A stretch of 64,000 bases of DNA from positions 682,001 through 746,000 of the forward strand of contig CBFFRQ010000068.1 of assembly GCA_965644315.1 (NCBI GenBank), given 5' to 3'. Position 1 is the stretch's first letter. Every line of letters begins with the position of its first letter. The DNA comes from Caecitellus pseudoparvulus. Lineage: Eukaryota; Protista; Bigyra: Bicosoecida. Position numbers and translations under genes: made by a program. The notes under the pieces are model-generated. The model saw only the letters and a list, made by a program, of their open reading frames with translations. It ran no database searches and was not told where the DNA came from. Shown in pieces: positions 12,006 through 23,087 of this stretch.

Positions 12006-13512
12006 ATGGCGAGCCGTCTCCGCAGCGTCTGCATTGTGCACCGCCATGGGGCACGAGCGCCTGGTTTCGATGTCATGCATGGCACGCCCTCCTTTACTGA
12101 GGCCTGGCAGGCGCGCACGTCTGGCGTGGCTAGTGCCATCGCAGCCAAAGTGCCAGCTTCGCAGCAGACTGGCGTCGAGCTGGAAGACGTGCACAATGCC
12201 GGCAAGGAGCACCCGTGGGGGCACCTGACAGTGCTCGGCGCATGTCAAACATTTCTTCGGGGTGCGATCATTGTACGAGTCAGCCTGCCTCTGCTGTCTG
12301 TGGCAGGTCAGCATGCTCCGCTTTCGTCCGCCGTCGCAGGGAGCGGCATACAACGCTGCCGGCGTGCGCTTGGCGCCACCCCGCGTTCAGGCTTCGAACT
12401 TCAAGCGGACACAGCTGTCGGGTATTTCTTTGGCTCAAGGTCTGCATGTTGGCGCCTTTGGCAGCCTGCCCTCTGCACCAGTGCCTGTGGCAGCAGCCCC
12501 TGTCGCAGAGTGCCCCATCGCCGCTTTCGGTGCGTGGCAGCGCCCGCACTGCTGCCATCGCGCGCCGGAGACCCGCACGCCCCCCCCCCCCCGCTGCCCA
12601 GAAAGCGCCAATGGCCTCTTTGAGTTCGCGCGGGAAGTCATGTCGGGGCCAGAGTATCAGGCGGCTGAGGCTGAGCGAGTGCAGGCCAGGCAACGGCTGG
12701 AAGCAGCTGTGCCGGCTTTCGCGCCTGGTGCGCCAGGGTTCAACTGGATCAAGGCGTGGGACGTCGTGTCCTGCCTGGGAGTACAGGGCGACTGGCACTT
12801 CATGCGTGAGATGGGCGTGGGCAGCGCAGGGGACGTGGAGAGCGTGTGGGCACCCATCGCACAGCACATGCTGTGGCGCTTGCTCACGCTGTACGCGGCA
12901 CCAGGAGCCCCCCGCATCTCCATTGCGGCAGCTTTGCAGCTCATCCTCTCGCACATGGCGGCAGAGGCGCCGGGCGAAGGCGGTGTCCCCGTCCTGTGCC
13001 TGTCTGGTCATGACGTGACGCTGCTGCCGCTGCTGGGTGTGCTGGCCGACGCACCAGCCAAGGCTTGGCCAGACTTCGCCTCGGCAGTGGTCATGGAGCG
13101 GTGGAGCGGGGAGGGGGGGGACACCCTCACGTACAAGTGGATGAACGATGCACTGCTCCGGCAGTCGATGGAGACGCACCCAGAAGCAACTGCTCTGCCC
13201 TCACAAGGCGCCGCCGCTTGGCTCTTGCCCTCTGCCACCACTGGCAGGTACTTCCTGCCTGCTCTGACGCTTGACAGCGACGCAGAACAGGACGTGCGAA
13301 CTCTGCGAGATGGCGTCAAAGAGGCAGTGCAAGGGGGTGCGGGGGCGTTCCTGGCTTCCTTGTACCCAGCGGCGGAGGATGCAGCATTCATGAGCCATGT
13401 TGCGGGCAGCGCCGCACCCGCACCCCATGTGGGGCACACCCACGCCAGCTATGGGGGCAGCATGCCATGGAGTGCATTCACTGCTGCAGTGCAAGCAGCA
13501 GAGTCGCGCTGA
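12006..13512 (+). CDS. Histidine acid phosphatase (clade 2); introns 12273-12339 and probably 12530-12601
   Basis: RHGARAP catalytic motif, GHLTVLGACQ, SNFKRTQLS, SGHDVTLLPLL (HD) and WPDFASAVVMERW. Confidence 0.85.
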
Positions 13513-13522
13513 TGCCGGCTGC

Positions 13523-14908
13523 TCAAGCCACGATGCGGAAGGGCGGGATGAGCGGCGTACTGTCACCCTGCTGCACAGTCTCATCCTCTGCAGTACGCGG
13601 TGGGGAGCGGGGAGGTGAACCTGCAGCTTCGCCCCCTTGGTCCTCCCCTGCCTCGGCTGCCTTGTCGCCGTCCTGCATCAGGTTCTCAAACTCCAACTCG
13701 CCGCCCACGCGGGGCTTGGGGGTGGCGGCACTGCCTCGCCTTGCCAGCCACCAACGCTCCCGCACGGCGGGAGTGGTGGACTGCCCCAGGTCGCCTGCAA
13801 ACTGTGGCGCGTATGCCTCATACATGTCCCGCAACCGGCGCACGTACTGTGCGTGCACCCGGGCAATGTCCTCGTCCGTCGGGTTGTGAACCTGCGGCAC
13901 ACGCATGGGCTGCCCCCACACGACGTGAAGTGGGTGGCGGTGCGGCAGCAGGCCCAGGGAGTACTGAAAGATGCCCCGTCCGTACACTGCAGGCAGTGTG
14001 AAGCCCAGAGTGCGGATCATGGCGTCTTGCAGCTTGCGAGCGGCACTGCCCGGGGGGTTGGGCACCTGGCTGAACAGCTCATTCTCGCCGAAGGACAGGC
14101 AAGGGACGAGGGAAGCGCCGTACTTGAGCGCCAGGCGCACGAAGCCCGTGCGTCTGGCCAGGGTCAGGTCAAAGCGTTGTGGGTGGGCATCCAGGGCCTC
14201 CCTCGCGCCACCAATGACGATGCCGAGGTTGCGGCGTTGGGCCAGCTGGTAGGCAGCGGAGGCCTTGGATGCGTCCACAAAGCCGAGGCCCATGATCAAG
14301 TCCCTCCACAGCGGGATGCGGAAGTTGGCTGAGACGGTGGCGATGCGGATGTCCAGCCCGATGCGGCGCCGCATGCTCCTGGCGTCCAGGGCCAGAGACG
14401 TGATCCAGGACAAGCCAGCGATGCCGTGGGGGTGCAGGCAGAAGATGTGGGGCTGGTCGGCAGGGTAGGGGGACAGGGTTGGGGCCTTGTTGGCTGGCAG
14501 GAGTGGTGGCACTGTGGGCTCGGCCATCTCCTCTCGCTCGCAGCCTGAGCTGTCGCCGCCCTCGTCGTCGTCGTGTGGCGTGGAGGTGTGCGGAGCGCTG
14601 GCGGCTGGCTCGGCCATGTACACGTTGAGGGGGAAGTAGTCCGCAGCAAGGACAGCGAGTGCGGTGCCTTGCAGTGCAGCAAGTGCCCGCCCTCCCCGCT
14701 TGGGCGTCTCTGCATCCAGCAGCAGCCACCAGCCCACATACACAGCCATGGCAGCGCGGCACCAGGAGCTGTACCACAGCAAGAGGGCCAGGCTTAATGC
14801 GATGAAAGGTCCCAGTGCAATCCAAAAAATAACGGCAGCTGTTTCCCGTCTCCGTTGCAGCGGCAGGGAGGCAGGCGCCCAATGGATGCCTGCGGGCGTG
14901 GTGGCCAT
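13523..14908 (-). CDS. DGAT2: Diacylglycerol/monoacylglycerol O-acyltransferase, DGAT2 family
   Basis: DYFP, HPHG, FRIPLWRDL, GGAREAL, RTGFVRLALKYGASLVPCLSFGENELF and N-terminal TM helices. Confidence 0.9.
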   Translation of the reverse strand: MATTPAGIHWAPASLPLQRRRETAAVIFWIALGPFIALSLALLLWYSSWCRAAMAVYVGWWLLLDAETPKRGGRALAALQGTALAVLAADYFPLNVYMAEPAASAPHTSTPHDDDEGGDSSGCEREEMAEPTVPPLLPANKAPTLSPYPADQPHIFCLHPHGIAGLSWITSLALDARSMRRRIGLDIRIATVSANFRIPLWRDLIMGLGFVDASKASAAYQLAQRRNLGIVIGGAREALDAHPQRFDLTLARRTGFVRLALKYGASLVPCLSFGENELFSQVPNPPGSAARKLQDAMIRTLGFTLPAVYGRGIFQYSLGLLPHRHPLHVVWGQPMRVPQVHNPTDEDIARVHAQYVRRLRDMYEAYAPQFAGDLGQSTTPAVRERWWLARRGSAATPKPRVGGELEFENLMQDGDKAAEAGEDQGGEAAGSPPRSPPRTAEDETVQQGDSTPLIPPFRIVA

Positions 14909-15161
14909 GCTGCGTGCGGAATGTGAGGGGGTGTGCCTCGGCAGGCTGGACACTGTGCAGCCTAAACCTCGCGTGAACTGACGATTACCCGCGCTACGCA
15001 TGGCTCATGGTCGTGTTTTGTTCGAAAGAAGTTGAATTGCGGCCGCCCGGGCCCGCCCTCCCCTCCTCATGGGGAAGACCTTCCACGTGGCTGCGTTGCG
15101 GTCGCCAAGGCAAGTCAGGGGCAAAGGTGCCCGTGGACAGCGAAAGAGACTGGTAAAAACG

Positions 15162-17727
15162 CTAAGCAGCTTCCTGGGGGGCATCACCAGCTGGATCTGG
15201 CTCCGTCGTGCTACTTTCCGCAGGTGGTGGGGTGGGCGCTGCCACGCCCATCTTCCCTCCACTCGAACCAGGGTGCCCCACAGAGTGGATGGTGGGCCGC
15301 GGGAAGGCTTGCCCTGGCCCCCACGGGCGCACGTGGGCCAGGAGGCCAGTGGCTGAGATAGCATCCCCAAGGCCCACCGTCGCCTTGGGCTGCTTGCACA
15401 CCGCCACCGGCACGTACGCGAACTTGACGGGGCGGAAGGGCGTGTGCTCGTCTGAGTACATGACCTCCTCCCCGAAATGGAAGCGCCGCAGGTCCGACCA
15501 GCTCCACTGTGCCACACCGCTGCTGGCCTGCACCTCCACGTCGGGAGCTTCCTCCCGTTGCCCCACAGCTGCAAGGACGGGGTCCCCCGCATGAAACGAC
15601 AGAGGCGCCAGCAGCTCAGTGTCCCCTGGGCTGAGGTCATTCACGCTTGTCACACTGCAGGCCTTGAGGGTGACTGCCTGCACCCCTGCTGCGGCAGCAG
15701 GTGCAGGCTGCCCAAGCGTCCACGTGCGGAGGTCTGGCGGCACGAGGCACTTGCGCTGGGCCATGATGTGGAAGGCCAGGGAGTGAAAGTGCACGCGGCA
15801 CACGGCAGGGGAGTGTGCCAGAACAAAGCGCAGGGCAGCCGCGACGGCCCGGGGGTCGGGCACGACGCGAGTCAGATCTGTGCGAGCCTGGACATGGGCG
15901 ACGCCCGCGCCTCCCCGACCCAGTGCATCCCTCACCAGGGCGTTCGTGAGCTCCACCGGGTCCACTGTGTACGGGTGCTTGGCAGTGTCGCTAAAGCCTT
16001 CGCTCTTGACGTACGCATGCAGTGCAGCAGTGTCACTGCAAGACACCTGGACTTGCCCAGGCCCAGCCTCTGCCCCCGGCGTCTCGCACTGCACGTCAGC
16101 CGGCAGGTCTGGCTTCGCGGCCAGGAGGGCCTGGCGCACCGCCTCCTGCCGCTCCTGCACAAATGCTTGGATCGTGGGCATATCTGCGATGTCGTCGATG
16201 TAAGCGCCACCCAGCGCCTCGTACAGGTCTGCCAGCTCCTGCTCGTTCAAGCCCAGGCTGTGGGCGTGGCGCCCAGCCTGCCGAGCGACCTTCAAGATGA
16301 AGGCAGGCAGCGCCATGGAAGCCAGTTCCACGTGCACGAGCGGGAATCCAGGCAGCGTGTGCACGCCTGTGAAGGCGTCCTGCAGCAGGAAGTCCCACGA
16401 AGAGGCGGGGGAGCCCTCGTACATGTGCAGGCCGGCGATGACGAGGACGTTGGTGGGCGTGGGCAGGCCGTCGCCGTCCCGCACATGGCCATGAGCGTAG
16501 TGCTGGTCTGGCGTCACGTGTCCGTGCATGTTGAGGGCCGAGCGGAACAGGGACACGCGCTCGAAGTCCCGGTCGTCCACGGGGTCAAGCACATTCAGCG
16601 TGGCAAAGTAGTGCGGCGGCAGGGGGCCGCTGGTGTCTGCGTCGTGGAAGGGCAGGTGCTGCATGGGGCCATCCAGCAGAGTGCCATCGGGTGCCAACGT
16701 CACCGTCATGGACCCCGTCGCGTCACTGCCACGCACTGGGCCGGGGACGCTCTTGCCCTGCGCTGCCGCCTCCTCCAGCTGCATCTCGGCAGCGCGCATG
16801 GCTTGCTCAAGGCGCAGCATGCTGGGAAGGCCGTCTCCCACCGCAGCCTCCTGTACGCTGCGCAGGTCTGCATGGGCCGTGCCCCGCAGGTGGCTGTAGG
16901 CTTGCAGCGCGACGTCGGACTGTCCATTCGTGGCGTCGGCTGTGAGGATGAAGCGGTTGGCCCGGGGCGCTACAGCACCCTGCCACTCCCACCCGGCCGG
17001 GTACTCCAGGATCAGGTGCACTTCGTCGGTGTCTGCGTCCCCCAGCAGCAGCAGGCGGTCTGGCAGGTGCGCTGCGAGACTGGGCCCCACGACTCCGCCA
17101 AGCAAGATGTCACAGGAGGGGCACAGGTGCGCTGCCTGCATCGCCATGAGGGCGGCGTTGCCACCCACGTGATTCCGTGCCCCTGCCGCATCGCTGCCAG
17201 CTGCAGCCAGCAGGCGAGCCCACAAGCCGCTGTCCGTGACAATCCTCTCCCCCGCTGCGCCAGCTGCCATGTGGTGCAGGAAGACTTCTGCAAGTGCAGC
17301 GTCATCTGCGACAACAGAGTGGTCCTGGGCACGCAAGGCCTTTCCTCTCAGCTGCAGTGCGGGCAGCACTGCTTGAGCAGCCACGATGCGGTCCACACAC
17401 ACGTTGAAGCCAAAGGTCATCTGCGTGCGGCATTTGGAGGGTTTCGTGCACTGCAGCAGGAAAGCCACAGCCCCCAGCACCGAGGCGCCAGGAATGCAGC
17501 ACGCACGATTGTGCTGGGGTCAGTCTCGGCCCCTGTCCTGTTAAGGGCCAGTAGGAGCTCTTCCGGGCTTTCAACTGAACGGAGGAAAGGGGCAGTGGGG
17601 GGGGTGGCACTTGGTGGTGACCCGCCTGGGTCTGCGAATGCTCACCTGATGCGGCTCCTGCCACTGCCACTGCACTTAGCAGCAGTGGTAGCGCATGCCT
17701 GAAGCTAAATCTTCGAGGCTCACCCAT
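15162..17727 (-). CDS. ADPGK: ADP-dependent glucokinase with N-terminal signal/anchor; two 5' introns in about 17420-17645
   Basis: GFNVCVD, GAAGER, GGNAALMA, DEVHLILEYP..W, APRANRFI, HVELASM, SLGLNEQEL, RVHFHSLAFH and PKATVGLGDAISATGL. Hydrophobic N-terminus ALPLLLSAVAVAGAA. Confidence 0.9.
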
Positions 17728-18131
17728 CACCTTCCGCTGGTCCTTGCACAGCGCACAGAAGGGTAGCTATCGTACAACAAAGAATGATGCAAGGTCTCCG
17801 CGAGAGGATGGCCGCGTTGTGCTGATGCTCAGCGCAAAGATCAAGAGCATTGATTGTTGACACGCTCGCACTTTGCCTTGAGTCTTTAAGTGTATCGCGA
17901 GTTCGAAATTGTAGTGGCATATGGTTTGCCAACTCTGCACGCTCACGCGCAGCTCACCAACACCTTCCCCGACAAAGCAAGCATTGTCGGAGCACTCTGC
18001 TTGGAGCTTTACTCAGATGTCCACAATTTTCAAACAATCACGCAAAAGAGCCCACCCCCTGGAACCGCAGCTCTCCTCCGCGGAGGCTGAAGCATTCGCT
18101 TGCAAGGGAAGCCTTCGTGACGAGCGGCATC

Positions 18132-18320
18132 ATGCAGGGCGGTGTGCTGCTCGTGGTGCTGTTTGTGGCAGCGTTGGTTCAAGGTGCCGCTGCAGCGTCA
18201 GGTGACAGCAACCATGTGGACGCAGGGAATGTCATTGCAGGGCTGACAGGGGCAGTGCTGGCAGTCGTCCTCATCTTGGCCCTCATCGGGTGGTGGGCGA
18301 GGAAGCAGCGGGGCATGTGA
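18132..18320 (+). CDS. 62-aa small membrane protein resembling SMIM30
   Basis: MQGGVLLVVLFVAALVQGAAAASGDSNHVDAGNVIAGLTGAVLAVVLILALIGWWARKQRGM: signal peptide, then VDAG, a TM helix and a basic tail. Confidence 0.75.
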   Translation: MQGGVLLVVLFVAALVQGAAAASGDSNHVDAGNVIAGLTGAVLAVVLILALIGWWARKQRGM

Positions 18321-18713
18321 AACGCCAGCGCAACGCTAGCGCACCAGTGCGGCTTGTAGGACTGCATTGTGCAAGTCCCCACGCAGCGCAGCTACCTTGT
18401 CGGGACTAGAGTACAAGCACCAGGCGGAAGGCCGCCAACTTACTGACTTTCTCACTGTGGGAGCGGGCACTTTGCCTTCCCAGCGCGAGTCCGTGCTCTT
18501 TGCACACAAGCACACGGGCCAGCGTCAATTCAAAAACTGCACTGCAAACAGACACGCACATGCACCCAGCTCCGCTGCACCATTGCCGAAGCAAGCCGTG
18601 AAAGGGCTGCACAGGTTGGAAGGGCAGGGAATGCACGGCAGGCCGGGGAGGGAGAGTACGCACCCTACGCACCGCAGCCGCAGGCGCGGCATTGTCTCGG
18701 TCGGTCCTGGAGG

Positions 18714-20719
18714 ATGCAAGCCGAGTACAATGTCAAGATAGGCCCGTACCGTCTCGCGAAGACGCTGGGCATTGGGTCCTTTGGCAAGGTTAAGCGTGCG
18801 TTGCGCTGGCGTTTCGCACGCTGCTCTGCAGCAAGCTGCACAGGCTGTCCCGCTGCGCCTGGCCACAGTGGCGACCCATGAGAAGACAGGGCAGCAGGTA
18901 GCAGTGAAGATATTGAACAGGAACAAGATTCACAAGGGCGGCATGGGCGAGAAGGTCCGCAGGGAGATCTTGAACCTCATGAAGCTGAAGCATCCCCACA
19001 TCATTCGCCTGTGAGTATTTCCTCCCTGCGCGGCAGCGTGACTCACGATGCAGCCCAGGAGCCACCCCTTGCACCTTTACCAGGTACGAAGTGATATCCA
19101 CCCCCACTGACATCTTCGTCATCATCGAGGTGGTCCCTGGGGGCGAACTCTTCGACTACATCGTCCGGCGAGGCAAGCTGCACGAGCGAGAGGCACGGCA
19201 GCTCTTCCAGCAACTGGTGTCTGCTGTGGAGTACTGCCACTGGCACGGCGTCGTGCACCGGGACCTGAAGCCTGAAAACATCCTTATGGACACGCACGGC
19301 AACGTAAAGGTGGCTGACTTCGGCCTCAGCAACTGCATGGCCGACGGCACCTTCCTGCACACCTCCTGCGGCTCCCCCAACTACGCCGCCCCAGAAGTCA
19401 TCTCTGCCCAGCCCTACCCCGGCCCCGAAGTGGACGTGTGGTCCTGTGGCGTCATCTTGTACGCCCTGCTCTGCGGCTCGCTGCCCTTCGACGACGAGAG
19501 CATCCACAACCTCTTCCGCAAGATCAAGCACGGCGAGTTCACCATCCCAGGCCACGTCCCTGACATGGCCCGGGACCTCATCTCCCGCATGCTGGTGGTG
19601 GATCCCCTGCAGCGCATCACCTGTGCCGACATCAAGCGGCACCCCTGGCTGCAGCACAGCCTGCCGCGCTACTTGTCCCTCACCCCAGCCCAGCTGGACA
19701 ACGAAGGCACGCACAAGGAAGTGGACATGGCTGCTTGCCAGGTCGTTGCGTCCCTCGGGTACGAAGGGGTGGACACACCGCAGGCCGTGCAGGCGGCTGT
19801 CAGTGCAGGGGGCTGGTCCCCTGCCCAGGTCGCGTACGAGCTCGTGGCAGCCAAGCACTCTGCCGCTGCCATCGCTGCCACCACGCCAGAGGGCAGCGGT
19901 GGCGCCCTGGGTGGCACTGCTGCCATCAGCCCATCCCCTGGCGCTGCTGCGGCCGGAGGCGCTGCTGCTCCAAGTACCCACATGGTGCCGTTTGAAGTGC
20001 CACTGTCGGGGGCGTCAGCGGCCATGGCAGCACAAGGCAGGCCAGGGTACATGGGCATGTCTGTGACCCAGCTGCTCCTGACGGCTGCGCGCAGGTACGA
20101 GTTCATGCCCTCAACGTGGCACGCCCGCCACACACAAGCGTCCAGCGTTGCAGTCAAGATGCTGGACCAGGCCATGCGGGATGCTGCCGCAGCGGGCGCG
20201 GCTTCAGTGGGCGGCACCTCCTGGACCTCAGGCGCGTCAGGGCAGGGAGATGGGGACGGGTACGGGCCGAGCCCCCGCCGTCGGCGGTGGTTCCTGGGCA
20301 TTCAGTCCAAGCGCGAGCCCAGTCTGGTCATGCGTGAGGTGTTCCGGGCCCTGCGTGATGCGGAGTTCCAGTGGAAAGTTGTCAGCCCCTACCACATCCG
20401 AGTGCGGTGGCGGCCCTCCACCGCCTCTGTGCAGGCTCTGTGCGAGTACCCAGTGCAGCACGCACCCTCTGCCGCCCTTTCCCCCGGGAGCAGCCCCATC
20501 ACGCCCCTGGCCACGCGGGAGAGCATCTCGCTGGCTGCGCGAGTGAAGGTGGACGTGCGCCTGTACAGGGTGCAGGCGGGAGTGTACCTCATGGACATGG
20601 CGCGGTATGCCGGTGATGTCTTCTCCTTTGCCAACATGTGTGCTTGCATTATCACAGAGCTGAAGACGCCCAGTCGAGCCAAGGTGCCGGGCCACTCAGC
20701 CTCCTTGGGTGGAAGGTAG
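18714..20719 (+). CDS. SNF1: SNF1/AMPK catalytic alpha subunit; introns 18796-18868 and 19011-19083
   Basis: KIGPYRLAKTLGIGSFGKVK, HPHIIRLYEVI, HRDLKPEN, DFGLSN..FLHTSCGSPNYAAPEVIS, GPEVDVWSCG, and C-terminal RWFLGIQS..VMREVFRAL..WKVVSPY. Confidence 0.95.
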
Positions 20720-20908
20720 CTCAGGTGTCGGAGAAGGGGCGCTGTGGTTTGCTGTCAATGCACTGAGCTCTCATGGGCCATTTTTTGCGCCCCCCGCTCA
20801 CACTTCCCGCACTCAGCGCCGCACTTGCCTCGCCATCGCGCCGTTTGGAGCTTCCACAGTCCCGCCAGTCTCGTCGTGCTTGGTTGTGTCCGATTTCCGC
20901 AGCCGGCC

Positions 20909-22279
20909 ATGGAGGGCTTCAACACAGTAGAGGAGCTGGTGCAGTTGATCAAGGACGGCTTGGCGCAAGTTGCCAGTGGCAGTCCTGGCGCAGCAGTTCT
21001 ACCCTCTGGCCGTTTCCGACAACTCGTGGAACCGGCCCGCTTTCGTGCCATCATCTACGGCCGCCTGCCACAGGAGGTGCAGGACACTCTGCCTCAGACC
21101 CTCCCGGAGCTCATGGAGGACGAGCGCTTCATCAGCATGGCTCCAGATCTCCTGGCCGGCACGCTGCAGCGTGCCTCCAAGGTCCTGCAGGCTGTGCAAT
21201 CCAAGGCCCAGGCCAAGGGCTCCCCCATGCCAGACGCCACCCGCATCTCCCTGTGGCCTGCCATGGTGCGGGAGGCCTTCGGCGCTGAGCTGGCCAAGGC
21301 CATGGAAGCCGCTGCCGTCGCCCAGTCTGCCCTCACCCGGCGTCTGGAGGCTTCAGGCAACATCGCCCGAGTGGGCGCAGGCGGCCCACAAGTCCTGGCA
21401 GAAGAGGAGGCCAGCACGCTCATGTCTGCTGGCTGGGTGCAGGTGCCCGAGGTGCAGGGGGGGACGGAGCTGGCAGGGCTCGTCGGCAAGGAGGCCACGG
21501 CAGCCGTGCAGCAGGGCGCCGTGCTGCCCCTGGGGGAGGCCTCCACGCCTGGCACTCCAGACAGCCCACTGCAGCCTGGTAGCAGCATCCGGGCTGCTGC
21601 TGTGCCCCGTAAGCTCCTGGAAGGCTCGGCGTTCCCCGCACTGCAGATGCTGCTGCAAGTGCTGCGGGACATGCCGGGGGAGCTGAACGCGCTGGAGGCC
21701 ACAGGCGCACTGGCCCTGCTGACGCCCCTTCCAGGCACCACGTCTCTGCTGAGCATTCCCTGTGCCGCCGGGCAGGCGCAAGCAGGGGCCGCAGTCACCG
21801 AAAGCAGCGCTCTGCCTGCCTGCCCAGTGGTAGCTGGGGAGTGCCTGGAAGCTAGCTGTCTGCAGGGCCAGCCTGCCGGCGCCGCCTGGCTTCGAGACAC
21901 TCTGGACGTGCGGGAGTCAGTGAGTGGGCAAGCCCCCTCGGGAGGAGCGGACCCAGAGAGCAAGCAGCGGGATGCAGTGCTGGCCAGTGCTCAGCAGAGG
22001 GCGGCGCTGGGTGCAGTTGTTGCTGTGTATTGGCCGTGGGGCGGGGATGCCGTGCAGGGCGGTGTCGTGTTGCACCCCACGAGCAGCTCCGACACGCCGT
22101 GCTTCGTGCCGGCTGAGGCAGACAGCATGGTGCTCGTACATACACAGCGCTACGCCGTGCAGATCATGCCTGCTGTGGGCGCCGATGAAGCTGCGCTGCC
22201 TGTCGTCATGTCCTGGTTTCACCCCAGCTTGCTCTTCACGAAAGCGACGCCTCCTGTCGAGGCCGGGGCTGGCGAATGA
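20909..22279 (+). CDS. Hypothetical protein; C-terminal half resembles a degenerate EGLN/PHD-type 2OG-Fe(II) dioxygenase fold
   Basis: 456-aa ORF from the ATG at 20909 with AGWVQVP, FPALQMLLQVLRDMPGELN, VVAVYWPW..QGGVVL, FVPAEADSMVLV and VVMSWF. No HxD...H triad seen. Confidence 0.55.
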   Translation: MEGFNTVEELVQLIKDGLAQVASGSPGAAVLPSGRFRQLVEPARFRAIIYGRLPQEVQDTLPQTLPELMEDERFISMAPDLLAGTLQRASKVLQAVQSKAQAKGSPMPDATRISLWPAMVREAFGAELAKAMEAAAVAQSALTRRLEASGNIARVGAGGPQVLAEEEASTLMSAGWVQVPEVQGGTELAGLVGKEATAAVQQGAVLPLGEASTPGTPDSPLQPGSSIRAAAVPRKLLEGSAFPALQMLLQVLRDMPGELNALEATGALALLTPLPGTTSLLSIPCAAGQAQAGAAVTESSALPACPVVAGECLEASCLQGQPAGAAWLRDTLDVRESVSGQAPSGGADPESKQRDAVLASAQQRAALGAVVAVYWPWGGDAVQGGVVLHPTSSSDTPCFVPAEADSMVLVHTQRYAVQIMPAVGADEAALPVVMSWFHPSLLFTKATPPVEAGAGE

Positions 22280-22281
22280 AG

Positions 22282-22750
22282 TTATGTCGTCTTGCCCGCC
22301 ACCTTCCTTGCAATGCCAGCGGTTTGCATCCTGTCGCAGTGTACGCAGGGAGGGGTGCTGCCGGATGTTTGCTGCTGGTGCAGCATGCCGCAACACGCAC
22401 CTCATTTGCCAGTACACACGGGTCATGTTTCGAACACACTTTTCCTCACGTTCACTGAGTGTGGCACCAGTGTATGTGGAAGTGCACATCTCGAAAGCTT
22501 GTTGAGTGGCGATGGACACCGTGCGCTGCGTGGAGAACGGCTCAAGTGTGCTGGGGCAGCACGAAACGCGAAACGCTGGGCTGTCCTCTCACAGCAGTTG
22601 CCAGTCCCTGCAGCTGGGCAGCAGAGTTGCTGCGAGGTGAACGGAAAGTTGAAGTGCATGCGAACAGCCCAGTGCGTGACACAAGCCGGGCACGCACACT
22701 GCAGCAAGGAGGGCCAGCTCGCTTTCGGACTGGGGTTGTTGCTGGGCCAT
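22282..22750 (-). CDS. Small Tim-like (Tim9/Tim10 family) protein, 87 aa, 4 exons (22750-22698, 22629-22593, 22525-22401, 22330-22282)
   Basis: Three GT-AG introns (68, 67 and 70 nt) give MAQQQPQSESELALLAAVNSAAQLQGLATARTVSIATQQAFEMCTSTYTGATLSEREEKCVRNMTRVYWQMRMQTAGIARKVAGKTT. The pattern F..C......L...E..C is typical of small Tims. Confidence 0.65.
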
Positions 22751-23087
22751 GGTCGGTTTCGCGTGCAGCTGCTGTGTCTGGGCAGGAAGAGCGGGCAAGA
22801 CCCACGGTTCGGGGTTGCAAAAGAGGCAGAGCGATGCTTCACCAGGTGGATTCCGACATGTGAACTTTTCGATTGCGTTTAGGGCGATGAAGAGTGTGCG
22901 CAGTCATGGGATGTGTCGCAACACCAAAGCAGCACAGCGCGGCCTCCACGGAGAGGAAGCGAAATGGCACGCCTGCAACAGTCGGGCCGAAGATGCGTGT
23001 CCGCATGAATTTTCGTTGATGGGGTTGAGGTGGGGCGGGCTGCGAGGGCGGCCAGCTGCATCTGCGTGGTCGGACAGCATCGCAGCA

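Noticed and set aside
12579-12592. Poly-C run as a possible slippage or frameshift site
   Set aside because: Lies inside a predicted intron next to the acceptor; no effect on frame.
15477-17702. 741-aa plus-strand ORF
   Set aside because: Antisense shadow of ADPGK caused by high GC3; no recognisable motifs.
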